Of a stretch of 64,000 nt of DNA, positions 57,757 through 64,000 are shown piece by piece (the first letter of the stretch is position 1; the number at the start of each line of letters is the position of its first letter). The position numbers were made by a program, and so were the translations under genes. Source of the DNA: Octopus vulgaris (taxonomy: Eukaryota). The stretch is from contig OX597832.1 in NCBI GenBank assembly GCA_951406725.2, positions 23,126,001-23,190,000 on the forward strand, written 5' to 3'. The notes beneath the pieces were generated by a model. It was not told where the DNA came from. It made no database searches and saw only the letters and a list, made by a program, of their open reading frames with translations.

Positions 57757-57866
57757 GTAAGGGCTGTAAAGGATGTCCCACGTATCAAAACATCCAAATT
57801 CCCCCAAATTGTGATGATTCTTGAGTGTGTCTCAAGTAAGGGTGATGCCATGCCGCCCCAAATTTC
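57757..57866 (+). pseudogene. Tc1/mariner superfamily (maT/DD37D-like) transposase fragment
   Basis: KDVPRIKTSKFPQIVMILECVSSKGDAMPP resembles the KFPxxVMVxGxVSSEGDVMPP motif. Confidence 0.65.
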
Positions 57867-57884
57867 CAAACAGCTCAATTCAAC

Positions 57885-58210
57885 AAAACATAACACCACA
57901 CATCATCTCAAAGCACTACTGTTTATATCAGCACACAACCCCAGTAACAGTGAGGCATCCAATACCGTTGTGCAAAATCTCCAGTGATCCAAAAATGAAC
58001 GACATCAAAATGCTATTAAATATTTTGTTGCAACCAGCATTAACAGGCTTCGCGGTGCAAGGCAAAGGAGGAAGGCGGCTGCAAATATGCCATTTACACT
58101 GACCTGTAATCTTCTTCGTTCCAGGATCTGTGGCCTTCTCTCCGAATCGTTGGCGGAACTTAAATGTCACGTTCAACATCAGCATTATGACTGACAAAGA
58201 AAGAGTACGT
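57885..58210 (-). pseudogene. Decayed class A GPCR fragment (TM5-TM7)
   Basis: LSLSVIMLMLNVTFKFRQR /fs/ ERRRLQVSVNGIFAAAFLLCLAPRSLLMLV ... LLGLCADINSSALR*: FxxCxxP TM6-like and INS TM7-like motifs in the correct order, with stops. Confidence 0.45.
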
Positions 58211-58253
58211 TGTTGGAGCATCATACGTCGAAACTGACTGAAGAGGCCATTAA

Positions 58254-58311
<58 letters not shown>

Positions 58312-58489
58312 TTATACGGCGAGCTTCTTTGCGTTTCTGTCTACCAAATTTACTTACAAAGACTTTGTCCGGCTCGAGGCTATAATAGAAGACAATTGGC
58401 CAAGGTGTCATTCCATGCAGTGGAACTAAACTCTTGACCTTTTAGTTAGGAAGCAAGCTTCTTTCCATACAGTCATGTATAAATATAGG

Positions 58490-58532
<43 letters not shown>

Positions 58533-58599
58533 GTAGAGATATTTACAAATACAAATATATATGTGCATACATACATACATACATACATACATACATACA

Positions 58600-58660
<61 letters not shown>

Positions 58661-59318
58661 ACAAACAACACAAACACACACACTCATTGCAATTGAAATC
58701 GCATTCTGCATTCTAACCCAAAGATCGCCCACACGATTTTTCGTACCCCGCAGGAACACTTTTCTTCGGTGCTATGTGTCATTTAATATTTTAGCTTATG
58801 ACAAGTGTTCTTGCCTTCGTACTAAATAATAAATGTGATATCAAAACTCGAGAATCTAAATATACAAGATGCTGTTTGCTTCAACATTAGAGATAAGCGA
58901 TCGGAATGAGAGAGCTCGCTTCAAACAAGCTACGTACACGTATATACGCACGCACATTAATACATGAAAGTATAAACTTATATATACTTACATATGTGTG
59001 CGTGTTTGTATGTGTGTATGTGCATTTATGTATATATTCAGTAATTACCTTTTTCATGCAGGTTATCAACCAGGAAGGCATATTCGTAGCAGTAGGGGTG
59101 CAAGGCAATAAATTTATTTATGTCTAAATGCATCCGCTACATGCATGCGTACGCATATACAAACAACAACGCACCTGTGTATATGGGTGAGTGCGAGCAC
59201 GAGTATTTGTGAGTCTGAATGTGTGTGTCACTATCTATAATTCTACTCTCACATTATCTCAATGCGTACACACACACACAAACACAAATATATGAATGTA
59301 TACATATATGTGTGTGTG

Positions 59319-59355
<37 letters not shown>

Positions 59356-59420
59356 GTATATAACGAGTGAAAGAGAGGGGTGAGCGAGTGAAAGAGAGGT
59401 AGATATGTATATATACGTAT

Positions 59421-59480
<60 letters not shown>

Positions 59481-59963
59481 ATATATATATATTATATATA
59501 TATACGCAAATACACATTTAGATAGATAGATAGGTAGATAACCATACAAATGCATATATGTATACACGTGTGTGAGGGTGTGTAATATGTGTGCCTTCGT
59601 GTGTGTGCGTCTGTGTATGTGTACACATAGGCAGATAGTTATATAAACGCAAAGGTATATCGATAGGTTCATAGGTAGATAGGTAACTAGATAGATAAAG
59701 TATATATGTATGTATGTGGGGAAGTAGGGAGGTAGGTAGATATGTATGCATGTATGCATGTATGTATGTATGTATGTATGTATGTATGTAGGTAGGTAGG
59801 TAGGTAGGTAGGTAGGTAGGTAGGTAGGTAGGTAGGTAGGTAGGTAGGTAGGTAGGTAGGGTGCAACGCAGAAAAAACAGATAGGCTTATATGGAATGTA
59901 TGAATGTATGTATACATTTATGCATACACGCACACATATAGACACACACATAAATAAATACAC

Positions 59964-60002
<39 letters not shown>

Positions 60003-60089
60003 CATAGATATATATATATATAGAAATATATGCATAGATATATATATATATAGAAATAAATATACACATATATATATATATATATAAAT

Positions 60090-60186
<97 letters not shown>

Positions 60187-60529
60187 GTGACAGGTATCTG
60201 TGATAGAATTCGTAGAAGAAAATTTCAAAGCATTTCTATAAAACCTAGAGGAAAAAGCCTGAACTCTAAAGCTTGTCTTAAAACTGCATGGGATTCTGCT
60301 TATCAATATTTCTGAGTGGTAAATCACTGTGATACGTGAGATGTGTAAAGGCCTTTGGGGATTATCAACTGCATCACATCAGTTCTTCAATTAAAATATA
60401 ATCCATCAAAGTGTATCTCGGAGATAAAAACAAATCATTTATTTACAGTATATTTGTGTAATTTTTTCTATATTTGTTTTTCTACCTGTTTCTCTAATAC
60501 TTATCTCCAAATCCATAGTTTCATATATA

Positions 60530-60582
<53 letters not shown>

Positions 60583-60622
60583 TATACATATATGGATATA
60601 CATATATATATCTATATATAAA

Positions 60623-60684
<62 letters not shown>

Positions 60685-60921
60685 CATATATATGTATGAG
60701 AGAGAGAGAGATGTCTATGCCTGAGTATTCATAGATTCGGTGTTACAAACGTGAGGATTTGATTTCGAATCTGGCGAACCAAGCTGTGTTCTGGTGCGAA
60801 ACACTATTACGCGTTTATCCATCTCACTGCTCGTGCCTGGGGGTTGTGTCTCGAAATAGATCTTTCTAAGTGAAATTCCATGAGTGTTCGTGCCCGAAAT
60901 AGGTCCTTACCTTGAGCTGAG

Positions 60922-61243
60922 AACCCCTTCGGTCACGACTGACCATGGGATTGCACCTAGAAAGTTACCCTCCTAGGCACAAGTCCGGGCAAGGTTGTTT
61001 ATGAAAGACCAGCAGTTGCCCTAGCATGCCGCCCTCCCACCAATGTTATCCTTGGGAAAGGAAAAGGCCGATACAGCTTGGCACTTATGACATCGCAACT
61101 CATTTCAACAGCTGAGTTAAGTGGAGCAACGTGAAATATAGTGCCTTGGTCAAGAACACAACACGCAGCTGGGTCCGGGATTCGAACTCAGAACATCACA
61201 ATCGTAAGTTCGACACTCTAACCGCTGAGCCATGCAACTTCGC
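60922..61243 (-). mobile_element. Fourth tRNA-derived SINE family
   Basis: TGGCTCAGCGGTTAGAG / GAGTTCGAATCCC boxes followed by TTGACCAAGGCACT...CTCAGCTG. Degenerate heads at ~45775-45905, ~32360-32500 and ~16155-16253. Confidence 0.7.
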
Positions 61244-61246
61244 TTC

Positions 61247-61292
<46 letters not shown>

Positions 61293-61307
61293 TATATACA
61301 TACATAC

Positions 61308-61340
<33 letters not shown>

Positions 61341-61401
61341 CTATATACATATATATATACAATAATGGCCGAAACCTATCAAAGTATCAAAGTATCAAAG
61401 T

Positions 61402-61436
<35 letters not shown>

Positions 61437-61467
61437 TATATACATATCTATACACATATACATACAT

Positions 61468-61520
<53 letters not shown>

Positions 61521-61799
61521 TATAAAAACACATAATCCCATATATAGAAATAGAGAATTGTAGCAATATGTATATATATGCGTTCATATGTTCGTTTATA
61601 TACACATTCTTTATCTTCCTACCAATTTATATAGTTTTTATACACATGCAAATAAATACATGTATACACGTATACCTGTACATATACATACAGGCATTTA
61701 TGTAAACTTAAAACACACCCATATATATATACGCCAGTACATATCTACTCACATTGAACATACATTACCGTATATAGGTATGTTTATATATACATGCCT

Positions 61800-61867
<68 letters not shown>

Positions 61868-61968
61868 GCAGTTATTTATATAATATATATATATATATAT
61901 ATATACATATTCACTTATACGTAGGCAGTTATCCACATATATATGTCATGATATCATATATATGATAT

Positions 61969-62022
<54 letters not shown>

Positions 62023-62746
62023 AACAAATGTGTGCGATTACTCATGGATGCGTTCATGCGTATGTTTGTTTGTGCGTTACCCTTTTAACAAGGCGAATAA
62101 GTGTGTTTTCTTTCTTTATATTCAGGAAGAAGAATAGAAGAGAATTAGGCAATAACAAAACATTAAAAATTCAAACAAGCTGCGGAATGAAAAGAAGAAC
62201 ATAAACTTATTTATGTTGATTCAACCAGAGTGTGTAAGGTAATGCAATGTGACAGAGTCTTTCATAGCTTATATGAAGGAACTACAAATTTTCACCGCTT
62301 TTTTGGTTTTTATATAACATTTCCAATTGTATATTGTCTTATAGTGCGGATTTACAACGTGTTTGCAAAAGCTCTGTGTGACATCTGAATCAGTTCTCAA
62401 AAGAAACATAGTACCTATTTTCGTTCTCAAGTTAGTTTAAATCTCGGGTGGGGAAAAGAATTGGTGTTCGTTCGGTAGATTTCAGTGATACTTCTGATCA
62501 ATTGGTTGGCCCGCTTTTGGGGCGTAGGCAGAGATAATTGTAGCTGTGCTGTTCTGCAGGACTAGCCTAAGCTTAATCACTCTATCACATACCCTGATAA
62601 ACTCTATGATGTTTATCTACCCATGAGATAAGACAGAGAGACAAAATAAACTAGCAATATGGCGCGATATAAACATTTAAGGTGGTTCTTGGAGTCGGGG
62701 TCTTGACTGCTATTTCGGCATGGTGGTATCTCTCAGATACCACCAT

Positions 62747-62977
62747 GGCGGCGAGCTGGCAGAAACGTTAGCACGCCGGGCGAAATGCGCAGCCGTATTT
62801 CGTCTGCCGTTACGTTGTGAGTTCAAATTCCGCCGAGGTCGACTTTGCCTTTCATCCTTTCGGGGTCGATAAATAAAGTACCAGTTACGCACTGGGGTCG
62901 ATGTAATCGACTTAATACCTATGTCTGTCCTTGTTTTTCCTTTCTATGTTTAGCCCCTTGTGGGTAATAAAGAAATA
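62747..62977 (+). mobile_element. SINE family B monomer with 17 bp TSD
   Basis: GGTATCTCTCAGATACC at 62725-62741 and 62978-62994; the empty site is visible in the paralogous unit at ~63475-63491. Confidence 0.9.
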
Positions 62978-63298
62978 GGTATCTCTCAGATACCCTTATT
63001 TATAGTTTTAAATAATTATTACCTTTGTATGGCACTTATTCCCATGCTGGCCACTTGATAAGATCGATATTTAAATATCGATATTAACCTTATTTATAAA
63101 TTTATATAATTCGTCAATGTATTCACTGCGGTGTTTACTTTTGACCATATAGCGCTTGTGAGGTGGTTGGCAGACATTTTGGACTGGTCCTGTACATACG
63201 TGCATATATATGTATGTAAGGACGTTCGTATATGTAAGTATAACGTGTGTTCTGTATATATATATATATATATTTGTATTTATGTACCCATCTAGTAT

Positions 63299-63357
63299 AT
63301 TCAACTGACGAAGGCAGAGCTTATTAGAAGCAAAGTCAGAAATCCAGGATCTTGAAT
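63299..63357 (+). ncRNA. Type I hammerhead ribozyme, canonical core
   Basis: AUUCAA CUGACGA A GGC..GCUU AUUAG AAGC..GUC A GAA AUCC A GGAU C UUGAAU: 6-bp helix I, triplet AUC. Lies in a ~230 bp unit (63273-63503) between (TA)n tracts; partial rearranged copy at 62621-63008. Confidence 0.8.
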
Positions 63358-63621
63358 TATCCAGTAAAATCTTTTTTGCTGTTTTATTTTGTCTCTCTGT
63401 CTTATCTCATGGTGCGATATGAACATTTAAGGTGGTTTTTGGAGTCGAGGTATTGACTGCTATTTCGGCATAGTGGTATCTCTCAGATACCTTTATTTAT
63501 AGTTATATATATATATTTATATATATATGGAGAAGCTTCTTTCAGTATCCGTCAATCAAATACAGTCACAAAGATGTCACACATTGGGACTCAATCAGGA
63601 ACTATGCGATTAGGAACCATG

Positions 63622-63679
<58 letters not shown>

Positions 63680-63683
<4 letters not shown>

Positions 63684-63892
63684 AATGTGACCGCCTGTGT
63701 ACCGTTGGCGATTTTTTTTCCTCTGTCTTCCCTTCTCTAGATCTTTCCTTTTCCTATGTTTCCGACGAAGAGCTCCGCTCGAAACGTTAAACCCTCCTTC
63801 TTTCCTTCTTTCCTGAGCGTCCAATAATACTATATTTGTTCCACGTCCTCGCGTTGTTGTGTTTTTTTGTACTTTTTTGTTTGGATTAACTT
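63680..63892 (+). mobile_element. ~212 bp HHR-bearing unit (family D), full monomer in (TA)n
   Basis: HHR at 63758-63792: GUUU CCGACGA A GAGC UCC GCUC GAA ACGU U AAAC (helix I GUUU/AAAC, helix II GAGC/GCUC, palindromic helix III ACGU, U4C core variant). (TA)n on both sides. Confidence 0.75.
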
Positions 63893-64000
63893 TATATTTA
63901 TATATATATATATATATATATACAGACACACATATATATTCTTTTATCCTTTTACTTGTTTCAGTCATTTAAGTGTGGCCATAGTCGAGTGATCGGACTC

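Noticed and set aside
62126-62238. Exon-like segment with good acceptor and donor sites
   Set aside because: Stop codons in all three frames and no partner exons; at most non-coding and unsupported.

Overview
AT-rich eukaryotic non-coding DNA packed with (TA)n, (CA)n, (GATA)n and (TAA)n microsatellites and interspersed repeats. The repeat complement looks like an octopus/coleoid cephalopod genome (my inference from the SINE types, not from a search). No intact protein-coding gene is supported; nearly all ORFs in the track are microsatellite or SINE read-throughs. Recognisable content: four tRNA-derived SINE families, three non-autonomous Helitrons, mariner/Tigger/maT remnants, three R4/Dong-type 3' ends sitting in (TAA)n, a Penelope-like (PLE) reverse transcriptase fragment, and possible decayed GPCR relics. 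The main discovery is about 20 minimal type-I hammerhead ribozyme (HHR) motifs from at least eight sequence families, carried on 200-500 bp non-coding units mostly embedded in (TA)n. Some are fold-back palindromes with an HHR on each strand, two families show the compensatory U3:A8 core pair, and two are circularly permuted monomers with terminal redundancy. This fits a PLE-dependent, retrozyme-like system. All folds were paired by eye and no activity has been tested.
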